From Eledone cirrhosa (taxonomy: Eukaryota), in contig OZ024744.1 in the NCBI GenBank assembly GCA_964016885.1, positions 133,114,001-133,178,000 on the forward strand: a stretch of DNA of 64,000 bases. The letters run 5' to 3'. The translations under genes and the position numbers were made by a program. Each line of letters starts with the position of its first letter. The first letter of the stretch is position 1. Under the pieces are notes generated by a model that was not told where the DNA came from, ran no database searches, and was given only the letters and a program-made list of their open reading frames with translations. Shown piece after piece: positions 28,601-43,300 of the stretch.

Positions 28601-31600
28601 AACCCCAACTTAACTTCACCCCAACTTAACTTAACCCCAACTTAACTTATCCCCAACTTAACTGAACCCCAACTTAACTTAACCCCAACTTAATATAACC
28701 CCAACTTAACTTAACCCCAACTTAACTCAACCCCAACTTAAATTAACCCCAACTTAACTTATCCCCAACTTAACTTAACCCCAACTTAATTAACCCCAAC
28801 TTAAATTAACCCCAACTTAACTTAACACCAACTTAACGTAACCCCAACTTAAATAAACCCCAACTTAAATTAACCCCAACTTAACTTAACCCCAACTTAA
28901 CTTAACCCCAACTTAACTCAGCCCCAACTTAACTTAGCCCCAACTTAACTTAACCCCAACTTAACTTAACCCCAACTTAACTTAACCCCAACTTAACTTA
29001 TCCCCAACTTAACTTAACCCCAACTTAACTTAAACCCAACTTAACTTAACCCCAACTTAAATTATCCCCAACTTAACTTATCCCCAACTTAACTTAACCC
29101 CAACTTAACTTAACCCCAACTTAATTTAACCCCAACTTAACTTAACCCCAACTTAACTTAACCCCAACTTAACTTAACCACAAATTAACTTAACCCCAAC
29201 TGAACTTAACCCCAACTTAACTTAACCCCAACTTAACTTAACCCCAACTTAACTTAAACCTAACTTAACTTAACCCGAACTTAACCCCAACTTAACTTGA
29301 CCCCAACTTAACTTAACCCCAACTTAACTCAACCCCAACTTAACTTAACCCCAACTTAACTCAGCCCCAAATTAATTCAGCCCCAACTTAACTTAGCCCC
29401 AACTTACCTTAACACCAACTTAACTTAACCCCAACTTAACTTAACCCCAACTTAACTTAACCCCAACTTACCTTATCCCCAACTTAACTGAACCCCAACT
29501 TAACTTAACCCCAACTTAATATAACCCCAACTTAACTTAACCCCAACTTAACTCAACCCCAACTTAAATTAACCCCAACTTAAATTAACTCCAACTTAAC
29601 TTAACACCAACTTAACGTAACCCCAACTTAACTTAACCCCAACTTAACTTAAACCTAACTTAACTTAACCCCAACTTAACCCCAACTTAACTTGACCCCA
29701 ACTTAACTTAACCTCAACTTAACTTAACCCCAACTTAACTTAACCCCATCTTAACTTAACCCCAACTTAACTTAACCCCAACTTAACTTAACCCCAACTT
29801 AAATTAACCCCAACTTAACTTAACCCCAACTTAACTTAACCCCGACTTAACTTAACCCCAACTTAACTTAACCCCAACTTAACTTAACCCCAACTTAACT
29901 TAACCACAAATTAACTTAACCCCAACTTAAATTAACCCCAACTTAACTTAACCCCAACTTAACTTAACCCCAACTTAACTTAACCCCAACTTAACTTAAA
30001 CCTAACCTAACTTAACCCCAACTTAACCCCAACTTAACTTGACCCCAACTTAACTTAACCCCAACTTAACTCAACCCCAACTTAACTTAACCCCAACTTA
30101 ACTCAGCCCCAACTTAACTCAGCCCCAACTTAACTTAGCCACAACTTAACTTAACACCAACTTAACTTAACCCCAACTTAACTTAACCCCAACTTAACTT
30201 AACACCAACTTAACGTAACCCCAACTTAACTTAACCCCAACTTAACTTAAATCTAACTTAACTTAACCCCAACTTAACCCCAACTTAACTTGACCCCAAC
30301 TTAACTTAACCCCAACTTAACTCAACCCCAACTTAACTTAACCCCAACTTAACTCAGCCCCAACTTAACTCAGCCCCAACTTAACTTAGCCCCAACTTAA
30401 CTTAACACCAACTTAACTTAACCCCAACTTAACTTAACCCCAACTTAACTTAACCCCAACTTAACTTATCCCCAACTTAACTGAACCCCAACTTAACTGA
30501 ACCCCAACTTAAATTAACCCCAACTTAACTTAACCCCAACTTAACTTAACCCCAACTTAACTCAACACCAACTTAACTCAACCCCAACTTAACTCAACAC
30601 CAATTTAACTCAACCCCAACTTAACTCAACCCCAACTTAAGTTAACCCCAACTTAACTGAACCCTAACTTAACTTAACCCCGACTTAACTTAACCCCGAC
30701 TTAACTTAACCCCAACTTAACTTAACCCCAACTTAACTTAACCCCAACTTAACTTAACCCCAACTTAATTTAACCCCATCTTAACCCCAACTTAACTTAA
30801 CCCCAACTTAACTGAACCCCAACTTAACTTAACCCCAACTTAAATAAACCCCAACTTAACTCAGCCCCAACTTAACTTAGCCCCAACTTAACTTAACCCC
30901 AACTTAACTTAACCCCAACTTAACTTAACCCCAACTTAACTTAACCCCAACTTAACTTAACCCCAACTTAACTTAAACCCAACTTAACTTAACCCCAACT
31001 TAAATTATCCCCAACTTAACTTATCCCCAACTTAACTTAACCCCAACTTAACTTAACCCCAACTTAACTTAACCCCAACTTAATTTAACCCCAACTTAAC
31101 TTAACCTCAACTTAACTTAACCCCAACTTAACTTAACCCCATCTTAACTTAACCCCAACTTAACTTAACCCCAACTTAACTTAACCCCAACTTAAATTAA
31201 CCCCAACTTAACTTAACCCCAACTTAACTTAACCCCGACTTAACTTAACCCCAAATTAACTTAACCCCAACTTAACTTAACCCCAACTTAACCCCAACTT
31301 AACTTGACCCCAACTTAAATTAACCCCAACTTAACTCAACCCCAACTTAACTTAACCCCAACTTAGCTCAGCCCCAACTTAACTCAGCCCCAACTTAACT
31401 TAGCCCCAACTTAACTTAACACCAACTTAACTTAACCCCACCTTAACTTAACCCCAACTTAACTTAACCCCAACTTAACTTATCCCCAACTTAACTGAAC
31501 CCCAACTTAACTTAACCCCAACTTAATATAACCCCAACTTAACTTAACCCCAACTTAACTCAACCCCAACTTAAATTAACCCCAACTTAACTTAACCCCA

Positions 31601-32218
31601 ACTTAACTTAACCCCAACTTAATTAACCCCAATTTAAATTAACCCCAACTTAACTTAACACCAACTTAACGTAACCCCAACTTAATTTAACCCCAACTTA
31701 AATTAACCCCAACTTAACTTGCCCCCAACTTAACTTACCCCCAACGTAACTTAACCCCAACTTAATTTAACCCCAACTTAATTTAACCCCAACTTAACTT
31801 AACCCCAAATTAACTCAACCCCAACTTAACTCAACCCCAACTTAACTTAACCCCAACTTAACTTAACCCCAACTTAACTTAACCACAAATTAACTCAACC
31901 CCAACTTAACTCAACCCCAACTTAACCCCAACTTAACTTAACCCCAACTTAAATTAACCACAAAGTTAACTTAACCCCAATTTAAATTAACCCCAACTTA
32001 ACTTAACCCCAACTTAACATAACCACCACTTAATTAACCCCAACTTAACTCAACCCCAACTTAACTTAACCCTAACTTAACTTAACCCCAACTTAACCGC
32101 AACTTAACTTAACCCCAACTTAACTTACCCCCAACTTAACTTACCCCCAACTTAACTGAACCCCAACTTAAGTTAAGCCTAACTTAACTTAACGCCAACT
32201 TAACCTAACCCCGACTTA

Positions 32219-32391
32219 GGGCTTAAGTTAAGTTGGGGCTAAGTTAAGTTGGGGTTAAGTCAAGTTGGAAGTTGTGGTTGAGTGAAGTTGGGGTTAAGTT
32301 AAGTTGGGGTTGAGTGAAGTTGGGGTTAAGTTAAGTTGGGGTTGAGTTACGTTGGGGTTGAGTTACGTTGGGGTTAAGTTAAGTTGGGGTT
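32219..32391 (-). repeat. Inverted satellite block, copy 5 (173 bp, type C, doubled GAGTTACGTT monomer)
   Basis: Same junctions. Carries GGGGTTGAGTTACGTT twice, AACCTAACCCCGAC upstream and AACTTCACTTAACCCC downstream. Confidence 0.97.
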
Positions 32392-35300
32392 AACCCCAAC
32401 TTAACTTAACCCCAACTTAACTTAACCCCAACTTAACTTAACCCCAACTTAACTTAACCCCAACTTCACTTAACCCCAACTTAACTTAACCCCAACTTAA
32501 CTTAAACCTAACTTACTTAACCCCAGCTTAACCCCAACTTAACTTGACCCCAACTTAACTTAACCCCAACTTAACTCAGCCCCAACTTAACTCAGCCCCA
32601 ACTTAACTTAGCCCCAACTTAACTTAACACCAACTTAACTTAACCCCAACTTAACTTAACCCCAACTTAACTTAACCCCAACTTAACTTATACCCAACTT
32701 AACTGAACCCCAACTTAACTTAACCCCAACTTAATATAACCCCAACTTAACTTAACCCCAACTTAACTCAACCCCAACTTAAATTAACCCCAACTTAACT
32801 TAACCCCAACTTAATTAACCCCAACTTAAATTAACCCCAACTTAACTTAACACCAACTTAACGTAACCCCAACTTAAATAAACCCCAACTTAAATTAACC
32901 CCAACTTAACTTAACCCCAACTTAACTTAACCCCAACTTAACTTAACCCCAACTTAACTTATCCCCAACTTAACTTAACCCCAACTTAACTTAAACCCAA
33001 CTTAACTTAACACCAACTTAACTTAACCCCAACTTAATTTAACCCCAACTTAACTTAACCTCAACTTAACTTAACCCCAACTTAACTTAACCCCAACTTA
33101 ACTTAACCCCAACTTAATTTAACCCCAACTTAACTTAACCTCAACTTAACTTAGCCCCAACTTAACTTAACCCCAACTTAAATTAACCCCAACTTAACTT
33201 AACCCCAACTTAACTTAACCCCGACTTAACTTAACCCCAACTTAACTTAACCCCAACTTAACTTAACCCCAACTTAACTTAACCACAAATTAACTTAACC
33301 CCAACTTAACTTAACCCCAACTTAACTTAACCCCAACTTAACTTAACCCCAACTTAACTTAACCCCAACTTAACTTAACCCCAACTTAATTTAACCCCAA
33401 CTTAACTTAACCTCAACTTAACTTAACCCCAACTTAACTTAACCCCAACTTAAATTAACCCCAACTTAACTTAACCCCAACTTAACTTAACCCCAACTTA
33501 ATTAACCCCAACTTAAATTAACACCAACTTAACTTAACACCAACTTAACGTAACCCCAACTTAATTTAACCCCAACTTAAATTAACCCCAACTTAACTTG
33601 CCCCCAACTTAACTTACCCCCAACTTAACTTAACCCCAACTTAATTTAACCCCAACTTAATTTAACCCCAACTTAACTTAAACCCAACTTAACTTAACCC
33701 CAACTTAACTTAACCCCAACTTAACTCAGCCCCAACTTAACTCAGCCCCAACTTAACTTAGCCACAACTTAACTTAACACCAACTTAACTTAACCCCAAC
33801 TTAACTTAACCCCAACTTAACTTAACCCCAACTTAACTTATCCCCAACTTAACTGAACCCCAACTTAACTTAACCCTAACTTAATATAACCCCAACTTAA
33901 CTTAACCCCAACTTAACTCAACCCCAACTTAAATTAACCCCAACTTAACTTATCCCCAACTTAACTTAACCCCAACTTAATTAACCCCAACTTAAATTAA
34001 CCCCAACTTAACTTAACACCAACTTAACGTAACCCCAACTTAAATAAACCCCAACTTAAATTAACCCCAACTTAACTTAACCCCAACTTAAATTAACCCC
34101 AACTTAACTCAGCCCCAACTTAACTTAGCCCCAACTTAACTTAACCCCAACTTAACTTAACCCCAACTTAACTTAACCCCAACTTAACTTAAACCTAACT
34201 TAACTTAACCCCAACTTAACCCCAACTTAACTTGACCCCAACTTAACTTAACCCCAACTTAACTCAACCCCAACTTAACTTAACCCCAACTTAACTCAGC
34301 CCCAACTTAACTCAGCCCCAACTTAACTTAGCCCCAACTTAACTTAACACCAACTTAACTTAACCCCAACTTAACTTAACCCCAACTTAACTTAACCCCA
34401 ACTTAACTTATCCCCAACTTAACTGAACCCCAACTTAACTTAACCCCAACTTAATATAACCCCAACTTAACTTAACCCCAACTTAACTCAACCCCAACTT
34501 AAATTAACCCCAACTTAACTTAACCCCAACTTAACTTAACCCCAACTTAATTAACCCCAACTTAAATTAACCCCAACTTAACTTAACACCAACTTAACGT
34601 AACCCCAACTTAACTTAACCCCAACTTAACTTAAACCTAACTTAACTTAACCCCAACTTAACCCCAACTTAACTTGACCCCAACTTAACTTAACCCCAAC
34701 TTAACTCAACCCCAACTTAACTTAACCCCAACTTAACTCAGCCCCAACTTAACTCAGCCCCAACTTAACTTAGCCCCAACTTAACTTAACACCAACTTAA
34801 CTTAACCCCAACTTAACTTAACCCCAACTTAACTTAACCCCAACTTAACTTATCCCCAACTTAACTGAACCCCAACTTAACTGAACCCCAACTTAAATTA
34901 ACCCCAACTTAACTTAACCCCAACTTAACTTAACCCCAACTTAACTCAACACCAACTTAACTCAACCCCAACTTAACTCAACTCCAATTTAACTCAACCC
35001 CAACTTAACTCAACCCCAACTTAAGTTAACCCCAAATTAACTGAACCCTAACTTAACTTAACCCCGACTTAACTTAACCCCGACTTAACTTAACCCCAAC
35101 TTAACTTAACCCCAACTTAACTTAACCCCAACTTAACTTAACCCCAACTTAATTTAACCCCATCTTAACCCCAACTTAACTTAACCCCAACTTAACTGAA
35201 CCCCAACTTAACTTAACCCCAACTTAAATAAACCCCAACTTAACTCAGCCCCAACTTAACTTAGCCCCAACTTAACTTAACCCCAACTTAACTTAACCCC

Positions 35301-36714
35301 AACTTAACTTAACCCCAACTTAACTTAACCCCAACTTAACTTAACCCCAACTTAACTTAAACCCAACTTAACTTAACCCCAACTTAAATTATCCCCAACT
35401 TAACTTATCCCCAACTTAACTTAACCCCAACTTAACTTAACCCCAACTTAACTTAACCCCAACTTAATTTAACCCCAACTTAACTTAACCTCAACTTAAC
35501 TTAACCCCAACTTAACTTAACCCCATCTTAACTTAACCCCAACTTAACTTAACCCCAACTTAACTTAACCCCAACTTAAATTAACCCCAACTTAACTTAA
35601 CCCCAACTTAACTTAACCCCGACTTAACTTAACCCCAACTTAACTTAACCCCAACTTAACTTAACCCCAACTTAACCCCAACTTAACTTGACCCCAACTT
35701 AAATTAACCCCAACTTAACTCAACCCCAACTTAACTTAACCCCAACTTAGCTCAGCCCCAACTTAACTCAGCCCCAACTTAACTTAGCCCCAACTTAACT
35801 TAACACCAACTTAACTTAACCCCACCTTAACTTAACCCCAACTTAACTTAACCCCAACTTAACTTATCCCCAACTTAACTGAACCCCAACTTAACTTAAC
35901 CCCAACTTAATATAACCCCAACTTAACTTAACCCCAACTTAACTCAACCCCAACTTAAATTAACCCCAACTTAACTTAACCCCAACTTAACTTAACCCCA
36001 ACTTAATTAACCCCAATTTAAATTAACCCCAACTTAACTTAACACCAACTTAACGTAACCCCAACTTAATTTAACCCCAACTTAAATTAACCCCAACTTA
36101 ACTTGCCCCCAACTTAACTTACCCCCAACGTAACTTAACCCCAACTTAATTTAACCCCAACTTAATTTAACCCCAACTTAACTTAACCCCAAATTAACTC
36201 AACCCCAACTTAACTCAACCCCAACTTAACTTAACCCCAACTTAACTTAACCCCAACTTAACTTAACCACAAATTAACTTAGCCCCAACTTAAATTAACC
36301 CCAACTTAACTCAACCACAACTTAACTTAACCCCGAGCTAACTTAACCCCAACTTAACTTAACCCCAACTTAACTTAACCCCAACTTCACTCAACCCCAA
36401 CTTAACTCAACCCCAACTTAACCCCAACTTAACTTAACCCCAACTTAAATTAACCACAAAGTTAACTTAACCCCAATTTAAATTAACCCCAACTTAACTT
36501 AACCCCAACTTAACATAACCACCACTTAATTAACCCCAACTTAACTCAACCCCAACTTAACTTAACCCTAACTTAACTTAACCCCAACTTAACCGCAACT
36601 TAACTTAACCCCAACTTAACTTACCCCCAACTTAACTTACCCCCAACTTAACTGAACCCCAACTTAAGTTAAGCCTAACTTAACTTAACGCCAACTTAAC
36701 TTAACCCCGACTTA

Positions 36715-36887
36715 GGGCTTAAGTTAAGTTGGGGCTAAGTTAAGTTGGGGTTAAGTCAAGTTGGAAGTTGTGGTTGAGTGAAGTTGGGGTTAAGTTAAGT
36801 TGGGGTTGAGTGAAGTTGGGGTTAAGTTAAGTTGGGGTTGAGTTACGTTGGGGTTGAGTGAAGTTGGGGTTAAGTTAAGTTGGGGTT
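36715..36887 (-). repeat. Inverted satellite block, copy 6 (173 bp, type B)
   Basis: Matches copy 4; offset 11234 bp from copy 4. Confidence 0.97.
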
Positions 36888-39800
36888 AACCCCAACTTAA
36901 CTTAACCCCAACTTAACTTAACCCCAACTTAACTTAACCCCAACTTAACTTAAACCTAACTTACTTAACCCCAGCTTAACCCCAACTTAACTTGACCCCA
37001 ACTTAACTTAACCCCAACTTAACTCAGCCCCAACTTAACTCAGCCCCAACTTAACTTAGCCCCAACTTAACTTAACACCAACTTAACTTAACCCCAACTT
37101 AACTTAACCCCAACTTAACTTAACCCCAACTTAACTTATACCCAACTTAACTGAACCCCAACTTAACTTAACCCCAACTTAATATAACCCCAACTTAACT
37201 TAACCCCAACTTAACTCAACCCCAACTTAAATTAACCCCAACTTAACTTAACCCCAACTTAATTAACCCCAACTTAAATTAACCCCAACTTAACTTAACA
37301 CCAACTTAACGTAACCCCAACTTAAATAAACCCCAACTTAAATTAACCCCAACTTAACTTAACCCCAACTTAACTTAACCCCAACTTAACTTAACCCCAA
37401 CTTAACTTATCCCCAACTTAACTTAACCCCAACTTAACTTAAACCCAACTTAACTTAACCCCAACTTAACTTAACCCCAACTTAATTTAACCCCAACTTA
37501 ACTTAACCTCAACTTAACTTAACCCCAACTTAACTTAACCCCAACTTAACTTAACCCCAACTTAATTTAACCCCAACTTAACTTAACCTCAACTTAACTT
37601 AGCCCCAACTTAACTTAACCCCAACTTAAATTAACCCCAACTTAACTTAACCCCAACTTAACTTAACCCCGACTTAACTTAACCCCAACTAAACTTAACC
37701 CCAACTTAACTTAACCCCAACTTAACTTAACCACAAATTAACTTAACCCCAACTTAACTTAACCCCAACTTAACTTAACCCCAACTTAACTTAACCCCAA
37801 CTTAACTTAACCCCAACTTAATTTAACCCCAACTTAACTTAACCTCAACTTAACTTAACCCCAACTTAACTTAACCCCAACTTAAATTAACCCCAACTTA
37901 ACTTAACCCCAACTTAACTTAACCCCAACTTAATTAACCCCAACTTAAATTTAAAACCAACTTAACTTAACACCAACTTAACGTAACCCCAACTTAATTT
38001 AACCCCAACTTAAATTAACCCCAACTTAACTTGCCCCCAACTTAACTTACCCCCAACTTAACTTAACCCCAACTTAATTTAACCCCAACTTAATTTAACC
38101 CCAACTTAACTTAAACCCAACTTAACTTAACCCCAACTTAACTTAACCCCAAATTAACTCAACCCCAACTTAACTCAACCCCAACTTAACTTAACCCCAA
38201 CTTAACTTAACCCCAACTTGACTTAACCACAAATTAACTTAGCCCCAACTTAAATTAACCCCAACTTAACTCAACCACAACTTAACTTAACCCCGACTTA
38301 ACTTAACCCCACCTTAACTTAACCTCAACTTAACTTAACTGCAACTTAACTTAACCCCAACTTAACTTAACCCCAACTTAACTCAACACCAACTTAACTC
38401 AACCCCAACTTAACTCAACGCCAATTTAACTCAACCCCAACTTAACTCAACCCCAACTTAAATTAACCCCAACTTAACTTAAACTCAACTTAACTAACCA
38501 ACTTAACTTAACCCCAACTTAACTTGACCCCAACTTAACTTAACCCCAACTTAACTTAAACCCAACTTAACTTAACCCCAACTTAACTTAACCCCAACTT
38601 AACTTAACCCCAACTTAACCCCAAATTAAATTAACCTCAACTTAACTTAACCCCAACTTAACTTAGCCCCAACTTAACTTAGCCCCAACTTAACTTAGCC
38701 CCAACTTAACTTAACCCCAACTTAACTTAACCGCACCTTAACTTAACCTCAACTTAACTTAACTGCAACTTAACTTAACCCCAACTTAACTTAACCCCAA
38801 CTTAACTCAAAACCAACTTAACTCAACCCCAACTTAACTCAACCCCAATTTAACTCAACCCCAACTTAACTCAACCCCAACTTAACTTAACCCCAACTTA
38901 ACTGAACCCTAACTTAACTTAACCCCGACTTAACTTAACCCCGACTTAACTTAACCCCAACTTAACTTAACCCCAACTTAACTTAACCCCAACTTAACTT
39001 AACCCCAACTTAATTTAACCCCATCTTAACCCCAACTTATCTTAACCCCAACTTAACTGAACCCCAACTTAATTTAACCCCAACTTAAATAAACCCCAAC
39101 TTAACTTAACCCCAACTTAACTTAACCCCAACTTAACTTAACCCCAACTTAACTCAGCCCCAACTTAACTTAGCCCCAACTTAACTTAACCCCAACTTAA
39201 CCCCAACTTAACTTAACCCCAAATTAACTTAACCCCAACTTAACTTAACCCCAACTTAACTTAAACCCAACTTAACTTAACCCCAACTTAAATTATCCCC
39301 AACTTAACTTATCCCCAACTTAACTTAACCCCAACTTAACTTAACCCCAACTTAACTTAACCCCAACTTAATTGAACCCCAACTTAACTTAACCTCAACT
39401 TAACTTAACCCCAACTTAACTTAACCCCATCTTAACTTAACCCCATCTTAACTTAACCCCAACTTAACTTAACCCCAACTTAACTTAACTCCAACTTAAC
39501 TTAACCCCGACTTAACTTAACCCCAACTTAACTTAACCCCAACTTAACTTAACCCCAACTTAACTTAACCACAGATTAACTTAACCCCAACTTAACTTAA
39601 CCCCAACTTAACTTAACCCCAACTTAACTTAACCCCAACTTAACTTAACCCCAACTTAACTTAAACCTAACTTAACTTAACCCCAACTTAACCCCAACTT
39701 AACCTTGACCCCAACTTAACTTAACCCCAACTTAACTCAACCCCAACTTAACTTAACCCCAACTTAACTCAGCCCCAACTTAACTCAGCCCCAACTTAAC

Positions 39801-40364
39801 TTAGCCACAACTTAACTTAACACCAACTTAACTTAACCCCAACTTAACTTCACCCCAACTTAACTTAACCCCAACTTAACTTATCCCCAACTTAACTGAA
39901 CCCCAACTTAACTTAACCCCAACTTAATATAACCCCAACTTAACTTAACCCCAACTTAACTCAACCCCAACTTAAATTAACCCCAACTTAACTTATCCCC
40001 AACTTAACTTAACCCCAACTTAATTAACCCCAACTTAAATTAACCCCAACTTAACTTAACACCAACTTAACGTAACCCCAACTTAAATAAACCCCAACTT
40101 AAATTAACCCCAACTTAACTTAACCCCAACTTAACTTAACCCCAACTTAACTCAGCCCCAACTTAACTTAGCCCCAACTTAACTTAACCCCAACTTAACT
40201 TAACCCCAACTTAACTTAACCCCAACTTAACTTATCCCCAACTTAACTTAACCCCAACTTAACTTAAACCCAACTTAACTTAACCCCAACTTAAATTATC
40301 CCCAACTTAACTTATCCCCAACTTAACTTAACCCCAACTTAACTTAACCCCAACTTAATTTAAC

Positions 40365-43300
40365 CCCAACTTAACTTAACCCCAACTTAACTTAACCCCA
40401 ACTTAACTTAACCACAAATTAACTTAACCCCAACTGAACTTAACCCCAACTTAACTTAACCCCAACTTAACTTAACCCCAACTTAACTTAAACCTAACTT
40501 AACTTAACCCCAACTTAACCCCAACTTAACTTGACCCCAACTTAACTTAACCCCAACTTAACTCAACCCCAACTTAACTTAACCCCAACTTAACTCAGCC
40601 CCAAATTAATTCAGCCCCAACTTAACTTAGCCCCAACTTACCTTAACACCAACTTAACTTAACCCCAACTTAACTTAACCCCAACTTAACTTAACCCCAA
40701 CTTACCTTATCCCCAACTTAACTGAACCCCAACTTAACTTAACCCCAACTTAATATAACCCCAACTTAACTTAACCCCAACTTAACTCAACCCCAACTTA
40801 AATTAACCCCAACTTAAATTAACTCCAACTTAACTTAACACCAACTTAACGTAACCCCAACTTAACTTAACCCCAACTTAACTTAAACCTAACTTAACTT
40901 AACCCCAACTTAACCCCAACTTAACTTGACCCCAACTTAACTTAACCTCAACTTAACTTAACCCCAACTTAACTTAACCCCATCTTAACTTAACCCCAAC
41001 TTAACTTAACCCCAACTTAACTTAACCCCAACTTAAATTAACCCCAACTTAACTTAACCCCAACTTAACTTAACCCCGACTTAACTTAACCCCAACTTAA
41101 CTTAACCCCAACTTAACTTAACCCCAACTTAACTTAACCACAAATTAACTTAACCCCAACTTAAATTAACCCCAACTTAACTTAACCCCAACTTAACTTA
41201 ACCCCAACTTAACTTAACCCCAACTTAACTTAAACCTAACCTAACTTAACCCCAACTTAACCCCAACTTAACTTGACCCCAACTTAACTTAACCCCAACT
41301 TAACTCAACCCCAACTTAACTTAACCCCAACTTAACTCAGCCCCAACTTAACTCAGCCCCAACTTAACTTAGCCACAACTTAACTTAACACCAACTTAAC
41401 TTAACCCCAACTTAACTTAACCCCAACTTAACTTAACACCAACTTAACGTAACCCCAACTTAACTTAACCCCAACTTAACTTAAATCTAACTTAACTTAA
41501 CCCCAACTTAACCCCAACTTAACTTGACCCCAACTTAACTTAACCCCAACTTAACTCAACCCCAACTTAACTTAACCCCAACTTAACTCAGCCCCAACTT
41601 AACTCAGCCCCAACTTAACTTAGCCCCAACTTAACTTAACACCAACTTAACTTAACCCCAACTTAACTTAACCCCAACTTAACTTAACCCCAACTTAACT
41701 TATCCCCAACTTAACTGAACCCCAACTTAACTGAACCCCAACTTAAATTAACCCCAACTTAACTTAACCCCAACTTAACTTAACCCCAACTTAACTCAAC
41801 ACCAACTTAACTCAACCCCAACTTAACTCAACACCAATTTAACTCAACCCCAACTTAACTCAACCCCAACTTAAGTTAACCCCAACTTAACTGAACCCTA
41901 ACTTAACTTAACCCCGACTTAACTTAACCCCGACTTAACTTAACCCCAACTTAACTTAACCCCAACTTAACTTAACCCCAACTTAACTTAACCCCAACTT
42001 AATTTAACCCCATCTTAACCCCAACTTAACTTAACCCCAACTTAACTGAACCCCAACTTAACTTAACCCCAACTTAAATAAACCCCAACTTAACTCAGCC
42101 CCAACTTAACTTAGCCCCAACTTAACTTAACCCCAACTTAACTTAACCCCAACTTAACTTAACCCCAACTTAACTTAACCCCAACTTAACTTAACCCCAA
42201 CTTAACTTAAACCCAACTTAACTTAACCCCAACTTAAATTATCCCCAACTTAACTTATCCCCAACTTAACTTAACCCCAACTTAACTTAACCCCAACTTA
42301 ACTTAACCCCAACTTAATTTAACCCCAACTTAACTTAACCTCAACTTAACTTAACCCCAACTTAACTTAACCCCATCTTAACTTAACCCCAACTTAACTT
42401 AACCCCAACTTAACTTAACCCCAACTTAAATTAACCCCAACTTAACTTAACCCCAACTTAACTTAACCCCGACTTAACTTAACCCCAAATTAACTTAACC
42501 CCAACTTAACTTAACCCCAACTTAACCCCAACTTAACTTGACCCCAACTTAAATTAACCCCAACTTAACTCAACCCCAACTTAACTTAACCCCAACTTAG
42601 CTCAGCCCCAACTTAACTCAGCCCCAACTTAACTTAGCCCCAACTTAACTTAACACCAACTTAACTTAACCCCACCTTAACTTAACCCCAACTTAACTTA
42701 ACCCCAACTTAACTTATCCCCAACTTAACTGAACCCCAACTTAACTTAACCCCAACTTAATATAACCCCAACTTAACTTAACCCCAACTTAACTCAACCC
42801 CAACTTAAATTAACCCCAACTTAACTTAACCCCAACTTAACTTAACCCCAACTTAATTAACCCCAATTTAAATTAACCCCAACTTAACTTAACACCAACT
42901 TAACGTAACCCCAACTTAATTTAACCCCAACTTAAATTAACCCCAACTTAACTTGCCCCCAACTTAACTTACCCCCAACGTAACTTAACCCCAACTTAAC
43001 TTAACCCCAACTTAACTTAACCCCAACTTAACTTAACCCCAACTTAACTTAACCCCAACTTAACTTAACCACAAATTAACTTAACCCCAACTGAACTTAA
43101 CCCCAACTTAACTTAACCCCAACTTAACTTAACCCCAACTTAACTTAAACCTAACTTAACTTAACCCCAACTTAACCCCAACTTAACTTGACCCCAACTT
43201 AACTTAACCCCAACTTAACTCAACCCCAACTTAACTTAACCCCAACTTAACTCAGCCCCAAATTAATTCAGCCCCAACTTAACTTAGCCCCAACTTACCT

